A stretch of 63,917 bases of DNA, the filler included, from Candidatus Rokuibacteriota bacterium (GTDB lineage Bacteria > JAUVQV01 > DATDCY01), in assembly GCA_031406795.1 (NCBI GenBank). It is 11 parts of 11 records of this genome, joined end to end, with 100 filler letters (N's around TTAATTAATTAA, not from the genome) between each part and the next. Parts side by side here need not be neighbours in the genome. Positions count along the whole stretch, not along the records: positions 1 to 4,850 come from JANOHV010000103.1; positions 4,951 to 14,888 come from JANOHV010000270.1; 9 more parts are not named here. One strand, written 5' to 3'. Made by a program: the position numbers and the translations under genes. Below are positions 1 to 10,686 of the stretch, piece after piece. The notes under the pieces were generated by a model, which was not told the DNA's origin, ran no database searches, and worked only from the letters and a program-made list of their open reading frames with translations. Position 1 is the first letter of the stretch. The number at the start of each line of letters is the position of its first letter.

Positions 1-1
1 C

Positions 2-166
2 TCCGGGCTCGGGCTCGACTCCCTGGACGCGCTGGAGATCGTGCTGTGCGTCGAGAGCTGCTTCAAGGTCAAGGTGCCCGACAACAGCATGTCGATCCTG
101 CGTTCCATCAACACCCTGGTTGACTTCGTGATCGCCGAGCAGGATGCTCAGGCGGTGCCCCGATGA
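2..166 (+). CDS. Acyl carrier protein (5'-truncated)
   Basis: Frame 2 reads SGLGLDSLDALEIVLCVESCFKVKVPD...RSINTLVDFV, with the LDSLD phosphopantetheine-serine motif. Its TGA overlaps the next ATG (ATGA). Confidence 0.9.
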   Translation, partial: SGLGLDSLDALEIVLCVESCFKVKVPDNSMSILRSINTLVDFVIAEQDAQAVPR

Positions 167-1263
167 GACGGCTGCACCTCGGTCCGCGCTGGGAAGGCGC
201 CACGCTGGCCGAGCGGCATGGCGTGGAGGTCGTCTCCCGGGTCTCCGACTACGAAACCGAATACCGTCTGGTCCGCGACTCGGTCGCCATGACCGATTTC
301 TCGTTCATGCGGCGCTACCGGATGCCGACCGACCAGGGGATCGACCTGCTCGACGGACTGCTGCCGGGGAATGTCGCGAGGATCCGCTACGGCCGCGTCA
401 TGCAGACCTTCCTGGCGGACGACGACGGCCGCCTGCTGGCCGACTGCTACGTGGCCAACAACGACGAAGAGCTGATCCTGCTGTGCGAGTCCGCGGCGCC
501 GGACGACCTGATGGCCCGGATCATCCGGGAGGCCGATCGGGAAGGCATCGCCGAGGACCTGACTGACAGCCATGCGCTCCTCTCCATCGATGGCTTCCGC
601 GCCTGGGCGGTGGTCCGGGACCTCTTCGGGGCGGACGCGCTGGGCCTGCCCTACCTGTCGATCGAGATCTACCCGTTCGCCGAAGAGAAGGTGCACCTCT
701 TCCGGGCCGGCAAGACCTCCGAGTTCGGCTACCTGCTCATGGCGCCGCACAGCATCGCCGGCGGTCTCTTTGCGGCTGTGCGCGAGGCGGTCGTCGCTCA
801 GGGGGGAGGCGCCTGCGGCGTCGAAGCCCACGACTCCCTGCGCCTCGAGGGACGGTTCTTCAACATCCACGCCGAGGGGCTTCGCGTGGGCGATCCGCTG
901 GTTCTTGGCCTGCAGTGGATGATGGATTTCGAGAAATGCGACTACCGCGGGGCCGCGGCCATCCTGCGGCGGCGGGCGGAGGGTCTCTCGCGCAAGCTGA
1001 TCGGCGTGCTCGGCGCTCCCGGCGAGCATCGCCTCAAGACCGGGGTCCGCCTCTTTCACGGCGCAGAGGAGGCCGCCGAGGTGGTGGCCGACGCCTGGTC
1101 GCCGGCGTTGGGTTGCCAAGTCGCCCTCGCCGTCTTCCGGATCGACCTGGCCTTTGCCGGGCTGGCGTTCTCTCTCGGCGCGCCCGGAGGCCCCGAAGTG
1201 CGCACCACCTCCATGCCGCCGATCATGGCCAAGAGCCTCTCCGTCAAGCTCGACGAGATGTAA
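163..1263 (+). CDS. GcvT/YgfZ-like aminomethyltransferase-family (folate-binding) protein
   Basis: EYRLVRDSVAMTDFS, RAGKTSEFGY and SLRLEG match the GcvT fold. Translationally coupled to the ACP. Confidence 0.75.
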   Translation: MRRLHLGPRWEGATLAERHGVEVVSRVSDYETEYRLVRDSVAMTDFSFMRRYRMPTDQGIDLLDGLLPGNVARIRYGRVMQTFLADDDGRLLADCYVANNDEELILLCESAAPDDLMARIIREADREGIAEDLTDSHALLSIDGFRAWAVVRDLFGADALGLPYLSIEIYPFAEEKVHLFRAGKTSEFGYLLMAPHSIAGGLFAAVREAVVAQGGGACGVEAHDSLRLEGRFFNIHAEGLRVGDPLVLGLQWMMDFEKCDYRGAAAILRRRAEGLSRKLIGVLGAPGEHRLKTGVRLFHGAEEAAEVVADAWSPALGCQVALAVFRIDLAFAGLAFSLGAPGGPEVRTTSMPPIMAKSLSVKLDEM

Positions 1264-1276
1264 GGCCGGGCCGGCG

Positions 1277-1786
1277 ATGACGCCTGCAACCCGCGCCGCC
1301 GCCGACCCCGACCCGGCGGGCAGGACCCGCTCGATCCGCCGCCGGATTCATCTCACGCCCGCCTTCCACCAGGTGGACATGATGCGCGTCGTGCACAACG
1401 TGCAGTTCTTCTACTGGTTCGAACTGGGCCGCACGCAGATCATGGAGGAGTTCATGTCCCTGGAGGCGGCCATGAAGCTCGGCGTGGCGATGCCCGTGGT
1501 GGAGAACCACTGCCTCTATCGCAAGCCCGTGCGCTACGGCGACCCGCTGGTGCTGCTGACCGAGCACCGCTGCCTGGACGCCTGGGCGGGGCGGCTGGTC
1601 TTCTCCCACTCGCTGGTCCACCGCAAGCTCAAGGCGGAGGTGGCCTGCGGACATACGACGACCACGCTGATCGATCTGGGAACCGGCCGCCTGGTGAAGG
1701 AATGGCCGGAAGACCTCTGGCGGCGCTATCTGGCCCTGGCGGACCCGGACCGGACGGTGAACAATTGTAATGCAAGCGACATTTGA
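1277..1786 (+). CDS. 4HBT/YbgC-family acyl thioesterase (hotdog fold)
   Basis: VDMMRVVHNVQFFYWFELGR and YRKPVRYGD motifs. Confidence 0.85.
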   Translation: MTPATRAAADPDPAGRTRSIRRRIHLTPAFHQVDMMRVVHNVQFFYWFELGRTQIMEEFMSLEAAMKLGVAMPVVENHCLYRKPVRYGDPLVLLTEHRCLDAWAGRLVFSHSLVHRKLKAEVACGHTTTTLIDLGTGRLVKEWPEDLWRRYLALADPDRTVNNCNASDI

Positions 1787-1795
1787 TGTTTCCCT

Positions 1796-1866
1796 CGGGA
1801 GGGTATCAAACCCTCCCCTACAGCAACACGAATCTCAACAATGTAGGGGCGGGATTTACTCCCGCC
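1796..1866. repeat. GTAG-type REP doublet (REPIN-like)
   Basis: Minus-strand GTAGGGGAGGGTTTGATACCCTCCCG at about 1796-1821 and plus-strand GTAGGGGCGGGATTTACTCCCGCC at 1843-1866: two GTAG-tailed palindromes in inverted orientation. Confidence 0.7.
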
Positions 1867-1929
1867 AGGAATAGTGAACTGCAACCATAATGGGTTACTG
1901 ACAGTGAACCTCAGCAGGAGCGCTGGCGA

Positions 1930-2664
1930 ATGAGATCGGTCATTGTGACGGGGGGGTCGCGGGGCATCGGTCGCGCCGTGGTGACGCGCTTCGCCCAGGG
2001 CGGGGCCAAGGTCTACTTCACCTACCACCAGCACGAGGAGGCGGCGACTCAGACCGCCGCCGACTGCGGAGCCGTCGCGCTGCGCTGCCCGCAGTCGGAC
2101 GCCGGGGCGATCGCCGGCGTGGTGGACCGGGTCGTCGCCGAGACGGGCCGCGTGGACATCCTGGTCAACAACGCCGGGATCTCCCGGGATCAATACCTGA
2201 TGATGATGCCCCCCGAAGACTGGGATGCCGTGGTCGACACCAACCTCAACGGCGTGTATCGCTGGTGCAAGTCGGTTTCCCGCCCGATGATGGAAGCCCG
2301 CGCCGGCGCAATCGTGACGGTCGCCTCGGTTTCGGGCCTGGTGGGGATCGCCGGCCAGACCAACTACGCCGCGACCAAAGGCGCCCTGATCGCCTTCTCC
2401 CGCTCCCTGGCGGCCGAACTGGGGCCGAAGGGGATCCGGGTGAATACCGTGGTCCCGGGCTTCATCGACACCGACATGACCGCCCGGATGCCCCGGCAGA
2501 TCAAGCAGCAGAACCTCGACCGCATCCTGCTGCGCCGCTTCGGGCGGGCCGAAGACGTGGCGGCAGCCGTGAACTTCCTGGCATCCGAAGACGCCGCCTA
2601 CGTCGTCGGTCAGACCCTGGTGGTGGACGGCGGTCTGTCGGCCACGGTCGCCTTCTCCCGGTGA
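1930..2664 (+). CDS. fabG: 3-oxoacyl-ACP reductase (SDR)
   Basis: TGGSRGIG, NNAG, YAATK and PGFIDTDMT motifs. Confidence 0.92.
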   Translation: MRSVIVTGGSRGIGRAVVTRFAQGGAKVYFTYHQHEEAATQTAADCGAVALRCPQSDAGAIAGVVDRVVAETGRVDILVNNAGISRDQYLMMMPPEDWDAVVDTNLNGVYRWCKSVSRPMMEARAGAIVTVASVSGLVGIAGQTNYAATKGALIAFSRSLAAELGPKGIRVNTVVPGFIDTDMTARMPRQIKQQNLDRILLRRFGRAEDVAAAVNFLASEDAAYVVGQTLVVDGGLSATVAFSR

Positions 2665-3596
2665 CCGCGCGGGCCTTCCTCTTCCCCGGGCAGGGGTCCC
2701 AATCCGTGGGGATGGCCGCCGATCTGTTCCGCGAGGACGAGCGCTTCCGCGCGCTGATCGCGCACGCCGAGGCGCTCGTCGGCCGCGACCTGCGCACGCT
2801 GTGCCTGCGCGGACCGGAGAAACTGCTGGCGCGGACCGACCTGCTGCAGCCGCTGCTGGTGGCGGTCTCGCTCGGCTACCACCGGCGGCTGGCCGATCGG
2901 GGGATTGCGCCCGATCTGGTCGCCGGACACTCGCTGGGGGAGATCACCGCGCTGGCCGCCGCCGGCGTGGTGGCGGACGAGACCGCGGTGACCCTGGCCG
3001 CATGGCGGGGCGAGCTGATGCAGGCGGCGGCCGCCGATCTGGACGGCGGCATGCTGGCCGTCGTGACCGACCGCCGGGAGGAATTCCTGAGCTGGTTCGC
3101 CGCCGCTGCCCCCGCGGGCGAGGTGGTGCTCGCCAATGACAACGCCCCGGGGCAAGTGATCCTCTCCGGCAACCTGCGGCTGCTCGAGGAACTGGCCGGA
3201 AGCATCTCCCGGGCGGGCCTCGGCCGGCACCGGCGCCTGGATGTGGCCGGCCCCTGGCACGGTCCCTGGATGGCGCAGGCTCGTGATCACTTCGGTCGGC
3301 GCGCCGGGGGGGTCCCCTTCGCTCCCCCCCGCATCCCCATCCTGCTGAACGCGACCGGCCGGCCGTCGATCGACCCGGTGGAAATCCGCGCCCGGGTTGT
3401 CGAAGCCCTGGCCGCCCCCGTCCGCTGGCGCACCGCGATGGCCTGGCTGCGGGAGTCGGGCGCCGGCGAGGTCTTCGAAGTCGGACCCGGGCGGGTGCTC
3501 TGCGGCCTGGCCAGGCAGAACAGTTTCCCCGAGACGACGAGGATCCTGCCGGTCGGCAGCCTGCGCGGCGTCGAGGCCGCGGCGGCAACAGCCTGA
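2661..3596 (+). CDS. fabD: Malonyl-CoA:ACP transacylase
   Basis: GTG start overlapping the fabG stop; FPGQGSQ, GHSLGE, ANDNAPGQ and EVGPG motifs. Confidence 0.9.
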   Translation: MTARAFLFPGQGSQSVGMAADLFREDERFRALIAHAEALVGRDLRTLCLRGPEKLLARTDLLQPLLVAVSLGYHRRLADRGIAPDLVAGHSLGEITALAAAGVVADETAVTLAAWRGELMQAAAADLDGGMLAVVTDRREEFLSWFAAAAPAGEVVLANDNAPGQVILSGNLRLLEELAGSISRAGLGRHRRLDVAGPWHGPWMAQARDHFGRRAGGVPFAPPRIPILLNATGRPSIDPVEIRARVVEALAAPVRWRTAMAWLRESGAGEVFEVGPGRVLCGLARQNSFPETTRILPVGSLRGVEAAAATA

Positions 3597-3597
3597 T

Positions 3598-4656
3598 CTA
3601 CGTCCTGAAATCTATCTCCCGGCCCTTCCAGGACGAGGATCCGAGCTTCTGGAAAAACTCGTCGTGGGCGAACCGGTGGGAGACCTGGTCGGGTGACCCC
3701 GACCCGGGCCAGAACGAGATGATATCGACCTGAGCCTCCCGCGCCAGCGCGACCGCCCGCTCGATCTCCGCTTCGCGGTCGTTCCAGCTGAAGACGACGT
3801 ATTTCCAGTCGATCACGGGTTTGACCAGCCTCCGCGAGTTCCTCAGTCTGACCAGTTCTTTCATGTTGCCGTACGATTTCTCGAAGTTCCCGCCGGCCTG
3901 ATACCGGGTGACGCTCTCGGTCGTGGCGCCGTCCAGCGAGACATAGAGGTAATCCAGCAGCAGGGCCGCTTCGAACTTGCTCTGCTGATTCATCAGCAAG
4001 CCGTTGGTCGAGAGGTAGATAGCTGCCTGCGGGTTGTGCTTGCGGATGATCGCGAGTTCTTCGTAGATTGCATTCGACATGAACGGCTCACCCAGGTTGA
4101 AGTAGTTCACCAGGCCGATCTCGTTGCGCTTGATGTTCATCGCGACGTTCTCGATGTCCGGCAGGGACATCCCCAGCTTCTTCCTCGTCGCCAGTATCGC
4201 TTTGCGGCTGCAGTTGACGCAGCGCAGATTGCACAGCACGGTATTCTCGACCATGATCCCGCGCTTCGGGGTGGTAAAGTTCGTCAACGCGGCCTGTGCC
4301 TGTCTTCTCGTGGTCCTGGTCAGCTCCCGGCACTCCAGGCACCTTCTGATCGGCAGAACTCCCCGCGAGAGCGATTTTCTGAATTTCGTCGCCGTCGCGC
4401 CGCGAAAGATCTCTTCGAGCGTGCTTGCGCTCAAGTCGCCGAGATGCCCGCTGGCGTCGATGTCAAGGCAATTGCACGAAACGGTCATGTCCGAGTTGAT
4501 GCAGATGTTGTAATCGGAATTCCCGCTCAACGCGTTGCAGACATAGGATTCGCCTCGTGCCGCTCGGACGATATTCGAGAGGATGAGTCTTCTGTTCCTG
4601 ATCTGACGGCGAAACGGCAACCAGCCGAGTATGAACTTCTTGATCGAATCGTCCAA
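3598..4656 (-). CDS. Radical SAM protein with an N-terminal SPASM/twitch-like Cys-rich region
   Basis: CNLRCVNC (CxxxCxxC), LGEPF, STNG and VSLDG motifs. N-terminal INSDMTVSCNCLD...RRCLEC. Start is TTG and uncertain. Confidence 0.8.
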   Translation of the reverse strand: MDDSIKKFILGWLPFRRQIRNRRLILSNIVRAARGESYVCNALSGNSDYNICINSDMTVSCNCLDIDASGHLGDLSASTLEEIFRGATATKFRKSLSRGVLPIRRCLECRELTRTTRRQAQAALTNFTTPKRGIMVENTVLCNLRCVNCSRKAILATRKKLGMSLPDIENVAMNIKRNEIGLVNYFNLGEPFMSNAIYEELAIIRKHNPQAAIYLSTNGLLMNQQSKFEAALLLDYLYVSLDGATTESVTRYQAGGNFEKSYGNMKELVRLRNSRRLVKPVIDWKYVVFSWNDREAEIERAVALAREAQVDIISFWPGSGSPDQVSHRFAHDEFFQKLGSSSWKGREIDFRT

Positions 4657-4950
4657 AACCAGAATCCCATCCTTTCAGAGCGGGCGCCGGCGCAGCGCAC
4701 CGCCGGAGTCTCCTGCTGCAGACGGCGAAAGTCAAGGCGCCGCGCCGGCACCCAACGATTCCGCAACAAGGAGGTCGGGCGACCGCGGCGACCGGCTCAA
4801 GTTGTTACTTCGTATCGGATTCCGGCTGGCTCACGCAGCGGCGTGCCCTCNNNNNNNNNNNNNNNNNNNNNNNNNNNNNNNNNNNNNNNNNNNNTTAATT
4901 AATTAANNNNNNNNNNNNNNNNNNNNNNNNNNNNNNNNNNNNNNNNNNNN

Positions 4951-5338
4951 GCACGGCATCGGCGGGAAGCTCGAGCGCGCGGGTCAGGGCCTCGATGTCG
5001 TCGACATCGGCGGCCCGCTCGACGCTTCTGCCGCCAAGCAGCGAGCCGGCCGCGCCGCCGGCGATGCGCACCGGGACCGCGAAGCACTGCAGCCCGGCGT
5101 GGCAGCGGTAGAAGATCGCGCGGTTCCCGGTTGCGGCCAGTTCGCGATGTCGCCCGCACCAGGCGGCGCAGCGCCGCTGACCCTCGGCGTCGGTGGCGAT
5201 GAGCCGGCACAGGGCGGGGACGCCGGTCGCCGCAAGCTCGCGGCCGGCGGCGTCGTACGTCAACAGAGAGAGACCGGCGATCCGCCCGATGGACTCCTGG
5301 ACCGGACCCCAGTCCGGAGGCACGGTGTCTTTAGGCAA
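4951..5338 (-). CDS. PocR ligand-binding sensor domain protein (3'-truncated)
   Basis: LCRLI...RRC...YRCHAGLQCFAVP is PocR-like. TTG start overlaps the pyrE stop. Confidence 0.7.
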
Positions 5339-5948
5339 GCCCTCTTCCTTCGGTGCCGCATGGCGCGATCTGGCGGCTCCCGGGCTTGACTGCCTGCAGT
5401 TTGCCCTCGCGGCAGAGCGGGCAGACCTCGGGGGCGTAGGTCGCCACCTTGAGTTGCAGCAGCGATCGGAACGGGTAGGGGAAGGCGACGCCGCCGCTGC
5501 GGTCGACAATCGCGGCCAGGCCGACCACCAGGCCGCCGGCGGCGGTGACTGCCGCTGCGGCCTCGAGCGTGGACTTGCCGGTGGTCACCACGTCTTCGAC
5601 GACGAGCACCCGCTCGCCCTCGGCGATCGTGAAGCCGCGGCGCAGCCGCATGATCCCCTGCTCGCGCTCCGTGAAAATCGCGCGCACGCCGAGCGCCCGT
5701 CCGGCCTCGTGGCCGATGACCACGCCGCCCAGCGCGGGCGAGACCACAAGCTGGGCGCCGAAGGGGCGGCAGAGCTCGGCGATCGCCCGGCCGACGCGCG
5801 CGGCGCGGCGCGGGTACTGCAGCAGCCGGGCGCACTGGAAGTAGCGGTCGCTGTGCAGACCGGAGGAGAGCAGGAAGTGTCCTTCGAGCAGGGCCTCGGT
5901 GCGCTTGAGCAGCCGCAGTACCCAGTCGGATGATTCGGTTGCGCTCAT
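5331..5948 (-). CDS. pyrE: Orotate phosphoribosyltransferase
   Basis: GHFLLSSGLHSDRYFQCA and the PRPP-binding motif VVEDVVTTGKS. Confidence 0.95.
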   Translation of the reverse strand: MSATESSDWVLRLLKRTEALLEGHFLLSSGLHSDRYFQCARLLQYPRRAARVGRAIAELCRPFGAQLVVSPALGGVVIGHEAGRALGVRAIFTEREQGIMRLRRGFTIAEGERVLVVEDVVTTGKSTLEAAAAVTAAGGLVVGLAAIVDRSGGVAFPYPFRSLLQLKVATYAPEVCPLCREGKLQAVKPGSRQIAPCGTEGRGLA

Positions 5949-6613
5949 CGTGCATCCCCCTTGAGACCGGCGATCATCGCCCGGTAATCCGTGTGACCGT
6001 AGATGCCCGAGCCGGAGACGATGGCGTCGACGCCGGCCTCCCGCACGGCTGCGGCGTTGTCGGCTTTGATCCCCCCGTCGATTTCGAGCAGCACCTTCGG
6101 GTTGACCCGGTCGATCAGCTCGCGCGCGGCGCGCAGCTTGGCGAGCGCGCCCGGGATGAACGACTGTCCGCCGAAGCCGGGGTTGACGGACATGATCAGC
6201 AGCAAGTCGATCTCCGGGAGGATGTCGCTCAGCGTGCTCAGCGGGGTCGAGGGGTTGAGGGCGACTCCGGCCTTCACCCCGAGTTCCCGGATGCGCGACA
6301 CGAGCCGGTGCAGGTGCGGCTGGCCCTCCTGGTGCACGACCAGATAGTCGGCGCCGGCTTTCGCGAAGTCCTCGATGAACAACGCCGGGTCGTCGATCAT
6401 CAGGTGCACGTCCAGCGGAAGCGCCGTGACCCGGTCGACCGCGCTTACAATGCCGGGGCCGATCGTCAGGTTCGGCACGAAGTGGCCGTCCATGACGTCG
6501 AGGTGCATCCAGTCGGCACCCGCGGCCTCGACGGCGCGAACCTCTTCTCCGAGGCGCGAGAAATCCGCCGAGAGGATCGATGGGGCAATGATAATCCTGC
6601 GTTGAGCTGCCAC
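5945..6613 (-). CDS. rpe: Ribulose-phosphate 3-epimerase
   Basis: IAPSILSADF, HLDVMDGHFVPN and MSVNPGFGGQ motifs. GGAGG RBS before GTG 6613. Confidence 0.96.
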   Translation of the reverse strand: MAAQRRIIIAPSILSADFSRLGEEVRAVEAAGADWMHLDVMDGHFVPNLTIGPGIVSAVDRVTALPLDVHLMIDDPALFIEDFAKAGADYLVVHQEGQPHLHRLVSRIRELGVKAGVALNPSTPLSTLSDILPEIDLLLIMSVNPGFGGQSFIPGALAKLRAARELIDRVNPKVLLEIDGGIKADNAAAVREAGVDAIVSGSGIYGHTDYRAMIAGLKGDAR

Positions 6614-6709
6614 GTTCACCTCCGGGCACGGTCTTGGTCTGCTGCCGGAAAATCGAGTGCGCTCATGATATCACATCCACATGACCGGTCTGAAGGTGGG
6701 GATCCGCCC

Positions 6710-6862
6710 GTCGCGGGGAACTCAAATCCGCGCGTAACGCGCGGATCAGTTGAGGCAGGCTTGTTGACCTGTCCTGTTTTTCGGGTGTCAGCGAAATCAG
6801 GCTTTTCATGGTGAGTTGAGATGCCTGCTGTTCTGCTGGATCCGCGCGTACGCGCGGATCCA
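6710..6862. repeat. Two-palindrome REPIN/MITE-like element, copy 1
   Basis: Palindromes ATCCGCGCGTAACGCGCGGAT (about 6726) and GGATCCGCGCGTACGCGCGGATCC (about 6838). Homologous to 37975-38199 in reverse orientation. Confidence 0.8.
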
Positions 6863-6922
6863 GGGGGAAGGAAAAGGCTGATCAGAGGGGTCTGGTGGAG
6901 CGCTGCAGCGGCCGTGCCGGGA

Positions 6923-7363
6923 TCAGATCGTGTAGGTGGCCATGCTTTCGCTGCGTTGATGATGTCGCACCGCGAGATCGGCGAGCGTGATGTTCTCGAG
7001 CGTCTCCGAGACCACGCGCGACACCTCGCACCAGACCTGCTGGGTGACACAGCCGGCAAAACGGGTGCAGGAGCCAGGGTCGGCGACGCATTCCACCAGG
7101 TTCAGATCGCCTTCGAGGGTGGCGACGATCTCGCGCACGGTGATCTTCTCGGGATCGCGCTGGAGCGTATACCCGCCGTGCGCCCCGCGGAAGGACTTGA
7201 CGAGCCCCGCCGCCTTGAGGGGCATGACGATCTGGCCGAGATATTTCTCGGAGATCTCCTGGCTGCGACTGACCTCTTTGAGGAAGATCGGGCCTTTCCC
7301 GTGTTTGAGTGCGAGATCAAGCATGAGCCTCAAACCGTACCGCGCCCGGGTGGATATTCTCAT
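6923..7363 (-). CDS. Rrf2-family transcriptional regulator (IscR/CymR-like)
   Basis: MRISTRARYGLR, SFRGAHGGY and three Cys (ECVADPGSCTRFAGC). Divergent from metY-cysK. Confidence 0.93.
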   Translation of the reverse strand: MRISTRARYGLRLMLDLALKHGKGPIFLKEVSRSQEISEKYLGQIVMPLKAAGLVKSFRGAHGGYTLQRDPEKITVREIVATLEGDLNLVECVADPGSCTRFAGCVTQQVWCEVSRVVSETLENITLADLAVRHHQRSESMATYTI

Positions 7364-7426
7364 GATCGGTATAATATAGTTTGAATCGCGATTCAATTGC
7401 TAGTGTTATTTTCACAGAATCCTGGG

Positions 7427-7585
7427 GTAATCCTTCAGTGAAGGGTGGGAAAATGCTATCGTTCGCCCTGAGCATGTCGAAGGGCGCTTGTGGACAGGTT
7501 AAATTTCCGTTCATGGTTCGACCGTTCGTCAAGCTCACGGCTCACCACGAACGGAAAAGGTTTCCGCGCTTCACTGAAGGATTAC
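7427..7585. mobile_element. 159-bp MITE with 17-bp TIRs and an 8-bp target-site duplication
   Basis: TIRs GTAATCCTTCAGTGAAG (7427-7443) and CTTCACTGAAGGATTAC (7569-7585). ATCCTGGG is duplicated at 7419-7426 and 7586-7593. Internal CGTTCGCCCTGAGCATGTCGAAGGG-type REP motifs. Confidence 0.88.
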
Positions 7586-7605
7586 ATCCTGGGGTCGGAA
7601 AACCA

Positions 7606-7649
7606 TTGACAAAATGAGAAGCGCTCATATACTATTCATTCAATAGTAT
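7606..7649 (+). promoter_or_regulatory. Sigma70-like promoter of metY with an overlapping inverted-repeat operator (probable Rrf2 site)
   Basis: TTGACA (7606-7611), 16 nt, TATACT (7628-7633). ATACTATT-N5-AATAGTAT (7629-7649) overlaps the -10. Confidence 0.65.
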
Positions 7650-7658
7650 CAGTAGTAA

Positions 7659-8981
<1,323 letters not shown>

Positions 8982-9013
8982 ACGGGCGGGGAAAACGGGA
9001 GGCGCGAAACATC

Positions 9014-9973
9014 ATGACCCGCGTGTACGAAGACAACTCGCGATCCATCGGCAACACGCCGCTTGTGCGTCTGAACCACGTCACCGAGGGCGCCGCCGCA
9101 ACCGTGCTGGGCAAGGTCGAGGGGCGCAATCCCGCCTTCTCGGTCAAGTGCCGCATCGGGGCGAACATGGTCTGGGATGCCGAAAAGCGCGGCGTGCTCA
9201 CGCCCGGGGTCGAGATCATCGAGCCGACAAGCGGCAACACCGGCATCGCGCTCGCGTTCGTCTGCGCGGCGCGGGGCTACCAGCTCACGCTGACGATGCC
9301 GGAGACCTTCAGCATCGAACGCCGCCGCGTGCTTGCCGCGCTCGGGGCGACCCTGATTCTGACGCCCGGCTCCGAGGGTATGAAGGGGGCGATCGGCCGC
9401 GCCGAGGAGATCGCGAAGGCGGATCCGCAGCGCTGGTTTCTGCCGCAGCAGTTCAAGAACCCGGCGAATCCGGAGATCCATGAGCAGACCACCGGGCCGG
9501 AGATCTGGAACGACACCGGCGGTGCGATCGACGTGCTGGTGTCGGGGGTGGGCACGGGGGGGACGATCACCGGGGTTTCGCGTTACATCAAGAACACCCG
9601 CGGGAAGAAGATCCTCTCGGTGGCGGTCGAGCCGAGGGAGAGCCCGGTGATTTCGCAGAAGCTCGCGGGGCAGCCGATCAAGCCCGGTCCGCAAAAAATC
9701 CAGGGCATCGGCGCCGGCTTCGTGCCGGACACGCTCGATCTCTCGATCGTCGATCGCGTTGAGCTCGTGGACAGCGCCGAGGCCATCGAATTCGCCCGGC
9801 GCCTGGCGCGCGAGGAGGGTCTGCTCGTGGGCATCTCCAGCGGCGCGGCCGCCGTCGTCGCGGTGCGCCTGGCGAAGCAGCCGGAGTTCGCCGGCAAGAC
9901 GATCGTCGTGATTCTCCCGGACCTCGCGGAGCGCTATCTGTCGACGGCGTTGTTCGAGGGGATCGGGGTCTAA
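9014..9973 (+). CDS. cysK: Cysteine synthase A
   Basis: [26 protein letters not shown] and IQGIGAGF motifs. Confidence 0.95.
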   Translation: MTRVYEDNSRSIGNTPLVRLNHVTEGAAATVLGKVEGRNPAFSVKCRIGANMVWDAEKRGVLTPGVEIIEPTSGNTGIALAFVCAARGYQLTLTMPETFSIERRRVLAALGATLILTPGSEGMKGAIGRAEEIAKADPQRWFLPQQFKNPANPEIHEQTTGPEIWNDTGGAIDVLVSGVGTGGTITGVSRYIKNTRGKKILSVAVEPRESPVISQKLAGQPIKPGPQKIQGIGAGFVPDTLDLSIVDRVELVDSAEAIEFARRLAREEGLLVGISSGAAAVVAVRLAKQPEFAGKTIVVILPDLAERYLSTALFEGIGV

Positions 9974-9979
9974 GCCGGC

Positions 9980-10483
9980 ATGGCCGGCGGACAATTGACG
10001 GGGGCAACCGTGGAGCGGATCAGTCCCGTGGACCGCGCCTCGAGCTGGCGCGCCACGGCCTCGGGGCCGACCGCGACCGTCGCGCAGCGCGCACGGCGTC
10101 GCCGGCCGGGGCTGCCGTCGGCGCGGGTTCTGGTTCTCTCGCGGAGCACCCCGGGCACGGAACTGGCGCTCGCGCTCGACGAGTTGGGTTTCCAGGCCGA
10201 ATGGACCGACAGCGGCGCGGTGGCAGTCTGCGAGGCCGCCGCGGGGGACGTCGCGCTTTGCGTGATCGGACTGAGCCGGGAAAGCGAAGAGGACGTGGAG
10301 TATCTGCCCTGCCTCAATCAGGTCGACCCCTGGCTGCCCGTGATCGTCGTCAACGATTGCGACTCGCTCGAGACGCAGCGCAAGGTCCGGAGCCATCGCG
10401 TCTTCTACTATCTGGTCGAGCCGCTGGACCGGGAAGAGGTGCGGGCCGTCATCGACGCCGCGGCGCGCGAGCGGGTGAAGTAG
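9980..10483 (+). CDS. Atypical receiver-domain-like protein
   Basis: RVLVL...LPVIVV...[10 protein letters not shown] follows the receiver pattern but lacks the conserved Asp/Lys. Start uncertain. Confidence 0.5.
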   Translation: MAGGQLTGATVERISPVDRASSWRATASGPTATVAQRARRRRPGLPSARVLVLSRSTPGTELALALDELGFQAEWTDSGAVAVCEAAAGDVALCVIGLSRESEEDVEYLPCLNQVDPWLPVIVVNDCDSLETQRKVRSHRVFYYLVEPLDREEVRAVIDAAARERVK

Positions 10484-10509
10484 TCGTCCACGATCCGGAG
10501 AAGGCGCCA

Positions 10510-10590
10510 ACGTTCATCGGCCTGCCGTTCGTCGTGCGCACGGTTCAGCCGACGCTGCTCGAACTCGAGCGCGAACAGGAAGAGGCGATG
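10510..10590 (+). pseudogene. Sulfate ABC permease (CysT-like) internal fragment
   Basis: Reads [26 protein letters not shown], the EAA-loop region of CysT, with no surrounding gene. Confidence 0.7.
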
Positions 10591-10615
10591 GCCCGAGCGC
10601 CGCGCAGGAGATACC

Positions 10616-10682
10616 GTGAGCATCGAGCTGCAGCACATCACCAAGACCTTCGGCGGTTTCCGGGCCCTTGACGACGTCAGCT
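10616..10682 (+). pseudogene. Sulfate ABC ATPase (CysA-like) N-terminal fragment
   Basis: RBS AGGAG plus GTG, then SIELQHITKTFGGFRALDDVS. Homology breaks before Walker A. Confidence 0.7.
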
Positions 10683-10686
10683 GGCG

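Noticed and set aside
4851-4950. Recurring N-run + TTAATTAATTAA + N-run (10 occurrences)
   Set aside because: Artificial contig linker with stops in all frames. It is not a biological repeat, and ORFs ending in LIN/N are artefacts.
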